Positions 18,332 through 28,267 are shown, counted from the first letter of the stretch. The stretch is 64,000 nt of DNA from Dehalococcoidia bacterium (GCA_964291495.2 OZ219872.1:32001-96000); one strand, 5' to 3'. Notes: generated from the sequence alone by a model not told the origin. Program-made: numbers and translations.

Positions 18332-18378
18332 GCAGGACTCTGCACGGCGGCGTGATCAACCCCTGGGAAGCAACTTGA
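18328..18378 (+). pseudogene. Remnant of a VapC/PIN toxin (internal deletion)
   Basis: Frame overlapping the upstream stop (CTGA) reads LSRTLHGGVINPWEAT*; VINPW is the typical C-terminus of many VapC toxins. Confidence 0.5.
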
Positions 18379-18396
18379 CCGCGACCGCCAGTGCCC

Positions 18397-19515
18397 TCAG
18401 TCGAACACCAGCAGGCTGCGCGCGCCCTCGCCTTCGTCCATCGCGCGGAAGGCGTCGTTGATGGCGTCGAGCGGGATGCGGCGGCTGATCATCTCGTCGA
18501 GGTGGAGCCGGCCCTGCTCGTACAGCTCGAGGTGGTTGGGGATGTCGACGCGGAAGGCGTTGGACCCCATCCGCGAGGTCTGCAGGCGGCACTCCGGGCG
18601 CAGCGCCTCCCACGGGAACTCCATCTTCGCGCCCGCCGGCAGCACGCCGACGATCGTCGCCGTCCCGCGGATCGCGAGGCTCTGCACGGCTTGCGTGACG
18701 AGCATCGGCAGCCCGACGGCCTCGAAGGCGTGGTCCACGCCTCGGCCGCCCGTCAGCTCGCGGATCGCCGCGACGGGGTCCGTCTCGGTGGCGTTGACCG
18801 TGTCCGTCGCGCCCAGCTCGCGCGCGAGCTCGAGCTTCGCGTCGAACTTGTCGACGGCGATGATCCGTCGCGCCCCGGCGACGCGCGCGCCCTGGAGGAT
18901 CGAGAGTCCCACGCCGCCGCAGCCATAGATCGCCGCCGTCTCGCCCGGCTTGAGGCCTGACGTGCGGATCGCCGCGCCGAAGCCCGTGGTGACGGCGCAG
19001 CCGACGATCGCGGCCGTCTGGAGCGGGTAGCGCTTGTCGATCTTCACCACCGAGTTCTCGTGCAGCAGCATCGCCTCTGAGTGGCTGGCGATCTCGGACC
19101 CCTGGCGCACGGGCACGCCGTCAATCGAGAGCCGCGGCGCGTCCCCGGCGCCGCGCATCACCGTGTCCTCCTTGCCGGCGCAGAGGTTGGGATGGCCGCG
19201 CAGGCACTGCTCGCAGCTTCCGCAGAAGCCGGAGAGGCAGGCGACGATGTGGTCGCCCGGCTCCACGTAGGTGACGTCCGGACCGACCGCCTCGACGACC
19301 CCGGAACCCTCGTGCCCGAGAACCACCTTGTCGAAGCCCTGCCAGCGCGCACCAACGAGGCCGTCGAGGGAGTGCTTGTCGCTGTGGCACACGCCGGAGG
19401 CGGCAGTGCGGACGAGCACCTCCTTGCCGATCGGGTCGGCGATCTCGACCTCCTCGACGGTCATCGGCTCATGCGGTCTGCGGAAGATCGCCGCGCGCAT
19501 CTGCATCGTTGCCAC
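18397..19515 (-). CDS. Zn-dependent alcohol dehydrogenase (class III-like), copy 2
   Basis: CHSDKH, GHEGSG, CGSCEQCLRGHPNLC, GCGGVG. Confidence 0.93.
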   Translation of the reverse strand: MATMQMRAAIFRRPHEPMTVEEVEIADPIGKEVLVRTAASGVCHSDKHSLDGLVGARWQGFDKVVLGHEGSGVVEAVGPDVTYVEPGDHIVACLSGFCGSCEQCLRGHPNLCAGKEDTVMRGAGDAPRLSIDGVPVRQGSEIASHSEAMLLHENSVVKIDKRYPLQTAAIVGCAVTTGFGAAIRTSGLKPGETAAIYGCGGVGLSILQGARVAGARRIIAVDKFDAKLELARELGATDTVNATETDPVAAIRELTGGRGVDHAFEAVGLPMLVTQAVQSLAIRGTATIVGVLPAGAKMEFPWEALRPECRLQTSRMGSNAFRVDIPNHLELYEQGRLHLDEMISRRIPLDAINDAFRAMDEGEGARSLLVFD

Positions 19516-19535
19516 CCTTCTTCCGCCCGCTCAGG

Positions 19536-20651
19536 TCAGTCGAACAGCACCAGGCTACGCGCGCCCTCGCCCTCGTCCATCCTGCGGAAGGCGTCGTTGA
19601 GGTCGTCGAGCGCGATGCGGTGGGTGATCATCTCGTCGAGGCGGAGGCGGCCCTGCTCGTACAGCTCCATGTAGTGCGGGATGTCGTAGCGGAACGCGTT
19701 CGATCCCATCCTCGAGGTCTGGAGGCGGCACTCCGGCCGCAGCGCCTCCCAGGGGAACTCGATGCTCGCGCCGGCCGGGAGCACCCCGACGACCGTCGCG
19801 GTCCCGCGGATCGCGAGGCTCTGCACCGCCTGCGTGACCAGCATTGGCAGCCCGACGGCCTCGAAGGCGTGGTCGACGCCTCGGCCGCCCGTCAGTTCGC
19901 GGATCGCGGCGACAGGGTCGGTCTCTGTGGCGTTGACCGCGTCGGTGGCGCCCAGCGCACACGCGAGATCGAGCTTCGCGTCGAACCTGTCGACCGCGAT
20001 GATGCGCCGCGCACCGGCCACGCGGGCGCCCTGGATGACCGAGAGCCCGACGCCCCCGCAGCCGAAGATCGCCGCCGTCTCGCCCGGCTGGAGGCCGGAC
20101 GTGCGAATCGCCGCGCCGAAGCCGGTGGTGACGGCGCAGCCGACGATCGAGGCCGTCTCCAGCGGGTAGCGCTTGTCGATCTGCACGACCGAGTTCTCGT
20201 GCAGCAGCATCGCCTCGGCGTAGCTCGCGATGTCGTAGCCCTGCCGCACGGGCTCACCGTCCATCGAGTAGCGCGGCGGCTCCGCTGCATCGCGCATCAC
20301 CACACCTCTGCCGATGCAGAGGTGCGGGCGGCCGCGCAGGCACTGCTCGCAGTTGCCGCAGAACCCGGAGAGACAGGCGACCACGTGATCGCCGGGCTGC
20401 ACGTAGGTCACGTCCGGCCCGACCGCCTCGACAACGCCGGAGCCCTCGTGGCCGAGGATGGCGCTGTCCACGCCGCGCCAGCGGTCGCCGACGAGGTCAT
20501 CGATGTTGTGCTTGTCGCTGTGGCAGACGCCGGAGGCGGCGGTGCGGACGAGCACCTCCTTGCCGATCGGGTCGGCGATCTCGACGTCCTCGATGGTCAG
20601 CGGCTCGTGCGGTCTCCGGAAGATCGCCGCGCGGATCTGCATCGCCGTCAT
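19536..20651 (-). CDS. Zn-dependent alcohol dehydrogenase (class III-like), copy 1
   Basis: Same motifs; close tandem paralog. Confidence 0.93.
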   Translation of the reverse strand: MTAMQIRAAIFRRPHEPLTIEDVEIADPIGKEVLVRTAASGVCHSDKHNIDDLVGDRWRGVDSAILGHEGSGVVEAVGPDVTYVQPGDHVVACLSGFCGNCEQCLRGRPHLCIGRGVVMRDAAEPPRYSMDGEPVRQGYDIASYAEAMLLHENSVVQIDKRYPLETASIVGCAVTTGFGAAIRTSGLQPGETAAIFGCGGVGLSVIQGARVAGARRIIAVDRFDAKLDLACALGATDAVNATETDPVAAIRELTGGRGVDHAFEAVGLPMLVTQAVQSLAIRGTATVVGVLPAGASIEFPWEALRPECRLQTSRMGSNAFRYDIPHYMELYEQGRLRLDEMITHRIALDDLNDAFRRMDEGEGARSLVLFD

Positions 20652-20769
20652 CCCTCCGCTGCGTGTTGCGGCAGCATATCCTGCTGCCCCGCACCTCGGG
20701 CGTACGCGCTCGCGGTATCATGACGGACAGAGGCACTTCACCAGCACGGACAGGCACGAGGGGCACGCC

Positions 20770-21990
20770 ATGGACTGGAGCGACAGCACGGAGCAGGCCG
20801 CATTCAGGGCCGAGGTGCGCAACCTCGCAACCGAGGGACTCCCGCCGCTCTACCGGCGCATGGCCGAGCAGGGCCGCAACGAGGCGAACTGGCAGTCGGA
20901 CCGCGGCTCGGACGACCCTGCCCGCCGCGAGGCCGCCGAGGGCTGGGCGAACGCCCTGGCCGATCACGGCTGGATCGCGCCGCACTGGCCGAAGGAGTAC
21001 GGCGGCGCGGGCCTCGGCCCGATGGAGCAGTTCATCTTCAAGCACGAGCTCGCGATGGCCGGGGCGCCCGAAGTCGGCGGCCACGGCGTGATGACGCTCG
21101 GCCCGACACTGATCGTGCACGGAAGCGAGGACCAGAAGGCGCGCTATCTGCCCCCGATCCTCTCCGGCGACGTCGCCTGGGCGCAGGGCTACTCCGAGCC
21201 CGGCTCCGGCTCCGATCTCGCCTCGCTGCAGACCTCGGCGGACCGTGACGGCGACGAGTACGTGATCAACGGGCAGAAGATCTGGACGTCCGGCGCGCAC
21301 GTCTCGGACTCGCTCTTCCTGCTCGCGCGCACGGACCGCAACGCCCCGAAGCACCGCGGCATCTCCTTCATGCTCGTCGACGACATCCACACGAACGGGT
21401 TGCAGGTGCAGCCGCTCGTCGACATGGGCTGGCGGCACGAGTTCAACGAGACGTTCTTCGAGGGCGTGCGCACGCCGACGACTCACGTCGTGGGCGAGGT
21501 CAACCGCGGCTGGTACGTCGGCATGACGCTGATGGACTTCGAGCGCTCCGGCGTGGCGGGCGCGGTGCGGCTGCGCGCCGACCTCGATCGCTTCGTCACC
21601 GAGCTGCGCGGCGAGGAGCGCTGGCGCTCGCGCATCGAGCGCTACCCGGCGCTGCGCTCCGTGATCGCCGAGCGCCTCGAGGAGACAGAGGTGGGCTTCA
21701 ACTTCTCGGCGCGGATCGCTTCGATGCAGGACCAGGGCATCGTGCCGAACTACGAGGCCTCGATCGCGAAGGTGTTCGTGAGCGAGACCGGGCAGCGCCT
21801 CGCGCAGACCGCGTCGCGCGCCTTCGGCCTCTACGCGAACCTCTGGGACGCCGACGACCCGCGCGCGCCGCTTCACGCCGGACCGACGCAGGACTACGTG
21901 CGCCGCGTCGCCACGACGATCTACAGCGGCACGTCCGAGATCCAGCGCAACATCATCGCGACGCGCGGCCTCGGGCTGCCGCGCTCGTAG
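20770..21990 (+). CDS. Acyl-CoA dehydrogenase (FadE alpha-type)
   Basis: Start at ATG 20770 after GAGGGG; WPKEYGG, QGYSEPGSGSDLASL, NGQKIWTS, FNETFF, GTSEIQRNIIATRGLGLPR. Confidence 0.93.
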   Translation: MDWSDSTEQAAFRAEVRNLATEGLPPLYRRMAEQGRNEANWQSDRGSDDPARREAAEGWANALADHGWIAPHWPKEYGGAGLGPMEQFIFKHELAMAGAPEVGGHGVMTLGPTLIVHGSEDQKARYLPPILSGDVAWAQGYSEPGSGSDLASLQTSADRDGDEYVINGQKIWTSGAHVSDSLFLLARTDRNAPKHRGISFMLVDDIHTNGLQVQPLVDMGWRHEFNETFFEGVRTPTTHVVGEVNRGWYVGMTLMDFERSGVAGAVRLRADLDRFVTELRGEERWRSRIERYPALRSVIAERLEETEVGFNFSARIASMQDQGIVPNYEASIAKVFVSETGQRLAQTASRAFGLYANLWDADDPRAPLHAGPTQDYVRRVATTIYSGTSEIQRNIIATRGLGLPRS

Positions 21991-22010
21991 CGGCCCCGCG
22001 CCCGTCGCAC

Positions 22011-24053
22011 GTGAGTCCCGAGCAGCGCACGATCCGCCTGCTCGGCGTCGATGTCGGCGGCACGTTCACCGACTTCCTCTACTGGGACGGCGAGGCGCTG
22101 CGCATCGCCAAGCGGCCCTCGACGCCGGACGACCCCTCGCGCGCGGTGCTCGCCGGGATTGCCGAGGCCGAATGGACGCCTCAGGAGGTGGTGCACGGCT
22201 CGACCGTGGCGACCAACACGCTGCTCACGCGCACGGGGGCACGCACCGCGCTGATCACCACCGAGGGCTTCCGCGACACGCTCGTGATCGGCCGCCAGGC
22301 GCGCCCCGACCTCTACGCCCTCCACCCCACCCGCCCACCACCCGTCGTGCCCGGGGAGCTGCGTTTCGAGGTGGCCGAGCGCATCGCCGCCGACGGTGAG
22401 GTCGTCGAGTCCCTCGACGAGGCCGCGGCCGAGCGGGTGCTGCAAGCGATCGCCGACGCCGGCGTCGACGCGATCGCGATCTGCCTGATCTTCTCGTTCG
22501 TGAACCCGGACCACGAGCGCCGCATCGCCGAGCTTGCGGCTGGCCTCGAGGGAACTGCCGGGCTGCACCGCTCCGTATCGCACGAGGTGCTGCCCGAGCA
22601 TCGCGAGTTCGAGCGGATGAGCACGACGGTCGCGAACGCCTACGTTGCCCCGGCGATGACGCGCTACCTGACCGCCCTCGAGGACGGCCTCGCGGGCGCG
22701 GCAGGGGGCGCGGCCCCGCGGCTGCGCATCATGCAGTCGAACGGCGGCAGCATCAGCGCCGCGCAGGCCGGTCACGACGCCGTGCGCACCGTGCTCTCGG
22801 GCCCGGCCGGCGGCGTCGCCGGAGCGTTCGAGGCCGCCCGCGCCTCGGGCATGGAGCACGCGATCACCTTCGACATGGGCGGGACGTCCACCGACGTCAG
22901 CCTCTGCCCCGGCCGCATCCTCGAGCGCGGCGACCACGACGTGGACGGGATGCCAATCCGCACGCCCGCCGTCGACGTGCACACGGTCGGCGCGGGCGGC
23001 GGCTCGATCGCCTGGATCGACGACGGCGGCGCGCTGCGCGTCGGACCGCAGAGCGCGGGGGCGGACCCCGGCCCGGCCGCCTACGGCCGCGGCGAGCTGC
23101 CGGCGGTCACCGACGCGCACGTCGTGCTCGGACGGCTGCGGCCCGATCGCTTCCTCGGCGGCGGCATGGCGCTCCACCCGGACCGCGCAGAGCGTGCGCT
23201 GGCGACGATCGCGCCGGCCTTCGGCGGCGACGTGCGGCGCGCGGCGCGCGCGGTGATCGAGGTCGTCAACGCCAACATGGTCCGCGCGCTGCGCCTGATC
23301 TCGGTCGAGCGCGGCTTCGACCCGGCCGAGTTCGCCCTCGTCGCCTTCGGCGGGGCCGGGCCGCTCCACGCCTGCGAGGTCGCTGCGGAGCTCGGCGTCG
23401 AGACGGTGATCGTGCCGCCGGCGCCGGGCGTGCTCTCCGCCTCCGGCATGCTGCACGCCGACGTCACGAAGGATGTCGCGCGCGGGCTGATGCTGCGCGT
23501 CCCGGCCGACGCCTCCGGCACGCTCGAGGGCCTGCGCGCGGCCTTCGCGGACCTCGATACGCAGGCGCGGGCCGCGCTCGCGGCGGACGGCTACCGGCGC
23601 GGCGTGCGTATCGAGCGCAGCGCCGACCTGCGCTACGCCGGGCAGTCGCACGAGCTGACCGTGCCGCTCGGCCGCTCGCTCGGCGCTGCGGCGCTGCGGC
23701 GCGCCCTCGCCGAGGCGCACGAGGAGCGCTTCGGCCACGCCGACCCCGACCGCGACGTGGAGATCGTCGTCGCGCGCGTGAAGGCGCGCGCCGCGGGCTT
23801 CCGCGCCGAGGCGCAGGCGAGTCCCGAGCACAGCGACGCCCTCGAGGAGACGACGAGCACGGTCGTCTGGGACCGGCCCCGCCGCACGCGCATCGTCGAC
23901 CGTCGCGCCCTCGACGGCACGGGCATCGAGGGACCGGCGATCCTCACCCAGCTCGACACGACGACGCTGGTCCCGCCGGGCTGGCGCGCGCGGCCGGACC
24001 GGGCAGCGTCCGGCAACCTGATCCTGCGGGAGACCGGGGGAGGGCGGCGATGA
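22011..24053 (+). CDS. Hydantoinase A/oxoprolinase family, ATP-binding subunit
   Basis: GVDVGGTFTD, HGSTVATN, SGPAGG, FDMGGTSTD, GAGGGSIAW, SAGADPGPA, FGGAGPLHA. Confidence 0.93.
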   Translation: MSPEQRTIRLLGVDVGGTFTDFLYWDGEALRIAKRPSTPDDPSRAVLAGIAEAEWTPQEVVHGSTVATNTLLTRTGARTALITTEGFRDTLVIGRQARPDLYALHPTRPPPVVPGELRFEVAERIAADGEVVESLDEAAAERVLQAIADAGVDAIAICLIFSFVNPDHERRIAELAAGLEGTAGLHRSVSHEVLPEHREFERMSTTVANAYVAPAMTRYLTALEDGLAGAAGGAAPRLRIMQSNGGSISAAQAGHDAVRTVLSGPAGGVAGAFEAARASGMEHAITFDMGGTSTDVSLCPGRILERGDHDVDGMPIRTPAVDVHTVGAGGGSIAWIDDGGALRVGPQSAGADPGPAAYGRGELPAVTDAHVVLGRLRPDRFLGGGMALHPDRAERALATIAPAFGGDVRRAARAVIEVVNANMVRALRLISVERGFDPAEFALVAFGGAGPLHACEVAAELGVETVIVPPAPGVLSASGMLHADVTKDVARGLMLRVPADASGTLEGLRAAFADLDTQARAALAADGYRRGVRIERSADLRYAGQSHELTVPLGRSLGAAALRRALAEAHEERFGHADPDRDVEIVVARVKARAAGFRAEAQASPEHSDALEETTSTVVWDRPRRTRIVDRRALDGTGIEGPAILTQLDTTTLVPPGWRARPDRAASGNLILRETGGGRR

Positions 24054-25642
24054 GCGAGATCGATGCGGCCCGCCTTGCGATCTTCGACTCGCTGGTGTCC
24101 TCGGCCGCCGAGGAGATGGGCGCAACGCTGCGCCACACCGCGCTCTCGCCCAACATCAAGGAGCGCGCGGACTTCTCGTGCGCGGTCTTCGACGCGGACG
24201 GGCAGGCGCTCGCGCAGGCCGCCCACATCCCCGTGCACCTCGGCGCGATGCCCGAATCCGTGCGCGCTGCCGCCTCGCTCGCCCCCTGGGCTGAGGGCGA
24301 CGTCGCGGTCCTCAACGACCCCTACCTCGGCGGGACGCACCTGCCGGACGTGACGATGGTCTCGCCCGTCTTCGCGGAGGGCGGTCAGCGCGGACGGCGT
24401 GCCCGACCGATCGGCTTCGTCGCCAGCCGCGCGCACCAGGCCGACATCGGGGGCAGCGCACCGGGCTCGATGCCGGTCGCGCGCGAGCTGATCCAGGAGG
24501 GGCTCGTGATCCCGCCGGTGCGCATCATGCGCGCCGGCGAGCCCGTCGAGGAGACGCTGGCGCTGGTGCTGCGCAACGTGCGCACGCCCGACGAGCGGCG
24601 TGGCGACTTCGCGGCGCAGATCGCCGCGCAGCGCGTCGGCGGCGAGCGGCTGCGGGCGCTCGCAGCGCGCCTCGGGCTCGCGAGATTCCGGCGGTCGGGC
24701 GCGGCGCTGCTCGACTACGGCGAGCGGCTCGCGCGCGCGACGATCGCGACGCTCCCCAACGGCGTCTACCGCTTCGAGGACGCGATGGACGACGACGGCT
24801 ACGGCGACGGGCCGCTGCCGATCGTCGTCGCGCTCACGATCTCGGACGGCGGGCTGCACCTCGACTTCAGCGGCACCGCGCCGCAGCGGCCCGCCTCGAT
24901 CAACGCCGTCGCCGCCGTCACGCGCTCGGCCTCCTACTACGTGCTGCGCTGTCTGCTGCCGCCGGGCGCGCCGACGAACGCCGGGCTGTTCCGCCCGTTC
25001 AGCTTTACCCTGCCCGAGGGCAGCCTCGTCAACGCGCGACCGCCGGTGGCCGTCAACGCGGGCAACGTCGAGACCTCGCAGCGCATCGTCGACACGGTGT
25101 GGGGGGCGCTCAGCCGGGCGCTGCCGGAGCGCATGCCGGCCGCCTCGAGCGGGACGATGAACAACCTCACCGCAGGCGGCATCGACCCACGCAGCGGCCT
25201 GCCCTGGGCCTACTACGAGACGACCGGCGGCGGGCTCGGCGGCGGGCCCGAGGGCCCCGGCATGGCGGCCACCCACAGCCACATGACGAACACGCTCAAC
25301 ACCCCGGCCGAGGCGCTCGAGCTGGCCTACCCGCTGCGCGTCGTCGAGCAGAGCGTGCGCCGCGGCAGCGGCGGCGCCGGGCGCCACGAGGGCGGCGACG
25401 GCATGATCCGGCGCACCCAGTTCCTCGGCGAGGCGACCGTGACGATCGTCAGCGAGCGCCGCACGACGGAGCCCTGGGGCCTGCAGGGCGGCTCACCGGG
25501 CGTCCCCGGCCGGAACGCCCTCGAGCGCGACGACGAGGAGATCCCGCTGGCGGGCAAGGCGACGTTCGACGCGCAGCCGGGCGACGTCGTGCGCGTCGAG
25601 ACGCCCGGCGGCGGCGGCTGGGGCGAGCCCGCCCCCTCGTAG
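24050..25642 (+). CDS. Hydantoinase B/oxoprolinase family subunit
   Basis: EEMG, SPNIKERADFSCA, HIPVHLG, NDPYLGGTHLPD, GTMNN, HSHMTNT, ETPGGGGWG. Confidence 0.93.
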   Translation: MSEIDAARLAIFDSLVSSAAEEMGATLRHTALSPNIKERADFSCAVFDADGQALAQAAHIPVHLGAMPESVRAAASLAPWAEGDVAVLNDPYLGGTHLPDVTMVSPVFAEGGQRGRRARPIGFVASRAHQADIGGSAPGSMPVARELIQEGLVIPPVRIMRAGEPVEETLALVLRNVRTPDERRGDFAAQIAAQRVGGERLRALAARLGLARFRRSGAALLDYGERLARATIATLPNGVYRFEDAMDDDGYGDGPLPIVVALTISDGGLHLDFSGTAPQRPASINAVAAVTRSASYYVLRCLLPPGAPTNAGLFRPFSFTLPEGSLVNARPPVAVNAGNVETSQRIVDTVWGALSRALPERMPAASSGTMNNLTAGGIDPRSGLPWAYYETTGGGLGGGPEGPGMAATHSHMTNTLNTPAEALELAYPLRVVEQSVRRGSGGAGRHEGGDGMIRRTQFLGEATVTIVSERRTTEPWGLQGGSPGVPGRNALERDDEEIPLAGKATFDAQPGDVVRVETPGGGGWGEPAPS

Positions 25643-25705
25643 TCTCGCAATCCTCGCGCGCATCGCGTCCAGCCCGCCGGTGCCCTCGGACGTCTGTTGC
25701 GCCGA

Positions 25706-25857
25706 TCCGGTCCCCTCTCCCCTCGAGGGAGAGGGCGGAGGGGGAGGGGGAGGCGGGCGCAGCCCGCCCCCGAGGGCGCAAGCACCTCCCGAGGTGACAG
25801 TCAGGCCGGCGAGCCCCCTCACCCTAACCCTCTCCCGCCGGGGGAGAGGGGACCGGA
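25706..25857. repeat. BoxC-like palindrome pair forming a 152-bp MITE-like element
   Basis: Perfect 17-bp terminal inverted repeats TCCGGTCCCCTCTCCCC / GGGGAGAGGGGACCGGA; each end is itself a CCCTCTCCC-N5-GGGAGAGGG hairpin; includes CCCCTCACCCTAACCCTCTCCC. Confidence 0.8.
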
Positions 25858-25889
25858 GAGGGTCGCTCGCTGCCCGTCCGCCCGCCGCG

Positions 25890-27521
25890 CTAGAAGCGCG
25901 AGTAGGTGTAGCTCTGCTGCGTGATGAACTCGAGCAGCGCCGGGCTCCCCGCCTCGGTCGCCGCGATGCCGCGCTTGATCGCCGGGATGATGTCGGCCGG
26001 CTGCTCGACGCGCTCACCGTAGCCGCCGAGGGCGGTCGCGAAGTCCGCGTAGTGCCCGGAGATGTCGGTCGAGTTGTACTTCTCCTGCGAGACCGGCATG
26101 ACCGGGATCTCGATCGCCATCGAGAAGTTGTTGAACAGCACCGAGAGGATCGGGATGCGCTCGCGCACGGCGGTCTCGAAGTCCATGCCCGTCATGCCGA
26201 TCGCGGCGTCGCCCCAGACGTTGATGCAGAGCTTCTCCGGCCTCGCGATCTTCGCGCCCATCGCCAGCCCGAGGCCGTAGCCGAGCTGCGTCGTCTTGCC
26301 CCAGCCGATGTAGCTGAGCGGCTCGGTCGAACGCCAGAACGGCGAGATCTGGTCACGAGGGCTGCCCGCGTCGTGCGTGATGATCGTGTTCGCCACGTCG
26401 ACCGTTGCGAGCAGGTCGCGGATCACCCGATACGGCGAGAGCGGGACGCTCTCGTCGTCGAGGAACGGCTGCCACTGCTGCATCCACGCGGCGTGGTGCT
26501 GCTGGATCTCCGCCGCCACGGCGTCGGCGCGCCCGCGTCCGCCGCTGCCGACCCGCTCGCGGACGGCCTCGATGACGGCCTGCAGCGTCAGCTTCGCGTC
26601 GCCGACGAGGGCGTGCTGCACCTCCACGGTGTTGTTGAGGTCGGCCGGGTCGAGTGTGGCGTGGATGACGGTGCGGCCCGTGGGGAACTGGATGCCGTAG
26701 TTGGTCGCCGCGAAGGAGCAGCCGATGCCGAAGATCACGTCGGCCTGCTGCAGGAAGTGGTGCAGTTCGCCCGTGAGGGAGCGCCCGCCGGAGCCGAGCG
26801 AGAGCCGGTGATCCTCGGGGAAGGCGCTCTTGCCCTGGAGGCTCGTGGTGACGGGCGCCTCGAGCAGCTCCGCCAGCTCGCGCAGCTCGTCCCACGCCTC
26901 GGCGTAGTGGACGCCCTGCCCGGCGTAGATCAGCGGGCGGTCCGCGTCGACGAGGACCTGCGCCGCCTCGTCGACGGCCTGTGGGTCGGGCGCGGAGCGC
27001 GCGGTGACGACGGGCCGGTAGTCGAGCTCGCCGATCTCCTCGCCGAAGACGTCGCTCGGAATCTCGACGATCGCCGGCCTCGGGCGGCCGTTGCGTGCGG
27101 CGTTGAACGCGCGCCGCAGCGCGGGGACGACCGCGCCCGGCACCGTCACCTGCTCGACGGACTTGCCGACGTGCTGGAAGTTCACGAGGGCGCTGAAGTG
27201 CGGAGGCACGTTCGTCACGCCTCGCGGGTAGCCGGCGGGCAGCACGACGATCGGCGCGGAGTCGCCGAAGGCCTGCGCGACGCCGCCGAAGGAGTTCTCG
27301 GTGCCCGGCCCGGCCTGCGAGGCGAAGACGCCGATCCTGTTGCCAGAGTTGATGCGGCTGTAGCCGTCCGCCATGTGAATGCCGGTCCGCTCCTGGCGCA
27401 CGATGATCGTGCGGATGTCCGCCCGCGCCGCCGCCTCGATGAGCGGGTTCACCGGGTAGGCGGTGATGAACTCCACCCCCTCGCGCTTGAGGATTTCCGC
27501 GATCGCGTCGTCGACCTTCAT
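25890..27521 (-). CDS. Thiamine-pyrophosphate-dependent enzyme (acetolactate synthase-like family)
   Basis: Start MKVDDAIAEILKREG; RQERTGIHMADG, GPGTEN, TPP motif WGDAAIGM...LFNN. Confidence 0.9.
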   Translation of the reverse strand: MKVDDAIAEILKREGVEFITAYPVNPLIEAAARADIRTIIVRQERTGIHMADGYSRINSGNRIGVFASQAGPGTENSFGGVAQAFGDSAPIVVLPAGYPRGVTNVPPHFSALVNFQHVGKSVEQVTVPGAVVPALRRAFNAARNGRPRPAIVEIPSDVFGEEIGELDYRPVVTARSAPDPQAVDEAAQVLVDADRPLIYAGQGVHYAEAWDELRELAELLEAPVTTSLQGKSAFPEDHRLSLGSGGRSLTGELHHFLQQADVIFGIGCSFAATNYGIQFPTGRTVIHATLDPADLNNTVEVQHALVGDAKLTLQAVIEAVRERVGSGGRGRADAVAAEIQQHHAAWMQQWQPFLDDESVPLSPYRVIRDLLATVDVANTIITHDAGSPRDQISPFWRSTEPLSYIGWGKTTQLGYGLGLAMGAKIARPEKLCINVWGDAAIGMTGMDFETAVRERIPILSVLFNNFSMAIEIPVMPVSQEKYNSTDISGHYADFATALGGYGERVEQPADIIPAIKRGIAATEAGSPALLEFITQQSYTYSRF

Positions 27522-27637
27522 CGAAGCTCCGTTTCCCTCGGCTGCAACGTCCGGCCACGTCGCCGTGCGCGCAACGCCTGCTAGCATACGGCCACGAGCC
27601 CGATAGTCCGTGCGGATCGTGAGAGGGAGCAGGCGCA

Positions 27638-28267
27638 TTGAGTGAGCAGCTGGGCATCTTCGACGTGATCTATCACTGCCGCTCGATGCGTCGCCTCAAG
27701 CCTGACCCCGTCCCCGAGGAGCTGCTGCTGCGCATCTGCGAGGCCGGCAACCAGGCCCCCACCGGCTCCAACATGCAGGGCGTGCGCTGGATCATCGTGC
27801 GCGACCCCGAGCAGCGCGCCCGCCTCGCCGCGCTGAACAAGACGAGCGTCCTCAACTACGTCGACACCCGGCGTGTCGACGTGCCTCACCACGACCCGGC
27901 GAAGCGGCAGCGGATGCTCGACGCGGTGCTCTGGCAGGCGGAGCACATGGGCGAAGTGCCCGCGCTGATCCTCGCCTGCCACCAGTGGCTGGAAGCGCCC
28001 GCCGACGACGCCGCACGCGCCGGAGCGGGCGGCTCGGTCTGGCCGGCGGTGCAGAACGCGCTGCTCGCCGCGCGCGCGCTCGGCCTCGGCGCGACGGCGA
28101 CGACGCTCGGACTGGTCGACAAGCCCGCGGTGCGCGAGGTGCTCGGCGTGCCGGACACCGTCGAGCCGTACGTGCTGATCCCGGTCGGCTACCCGATGGG
28201 CAACTTCGGCCCCGTCACGCGCCTCCCGGTCGCCGACACCGTGCGCTACGACAGGTGGGAGCGATGA
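27638..28267 (+). CDS. Nitroreductase-family protein
   Basis: RSMRRLKPDPVP, QAPTGSNMQ, AVQNALLAARALGLG, LIPVGYP. Confidence 0.9.
   Translation: MSEQLGIFDVIYHCRSMRRLKPDPVPEELLLRICEAGNQAPTGSNMQGVRWIIVRDPEQRARLAALNKTSVLNYVDTRRVDVPHHDPAKRQRMLDAVLWQAEHMGEVPALILACHQWLEAPADDAARAGAGGSVWPAVQNALLAARALGLGATATTLGLVDKPAVREVLGVPDTVEPYVLIPVGYPMGNFGPVTRLPVADTVRYDRWER

Noticed and set aside
25890-27521. ilvB (biosynthetic acetolactate synthase)
   Set aside because: No ilvN/ilvC context, and the typical GQHQM and GTMG motifs are absent
27638-28267. bluB (DMB synthase), given the B12 operon
   Set aside because: Lacks RRDVR and APSVG.SQPW; it is 10 kb from the cob genes and coupled to an SDR
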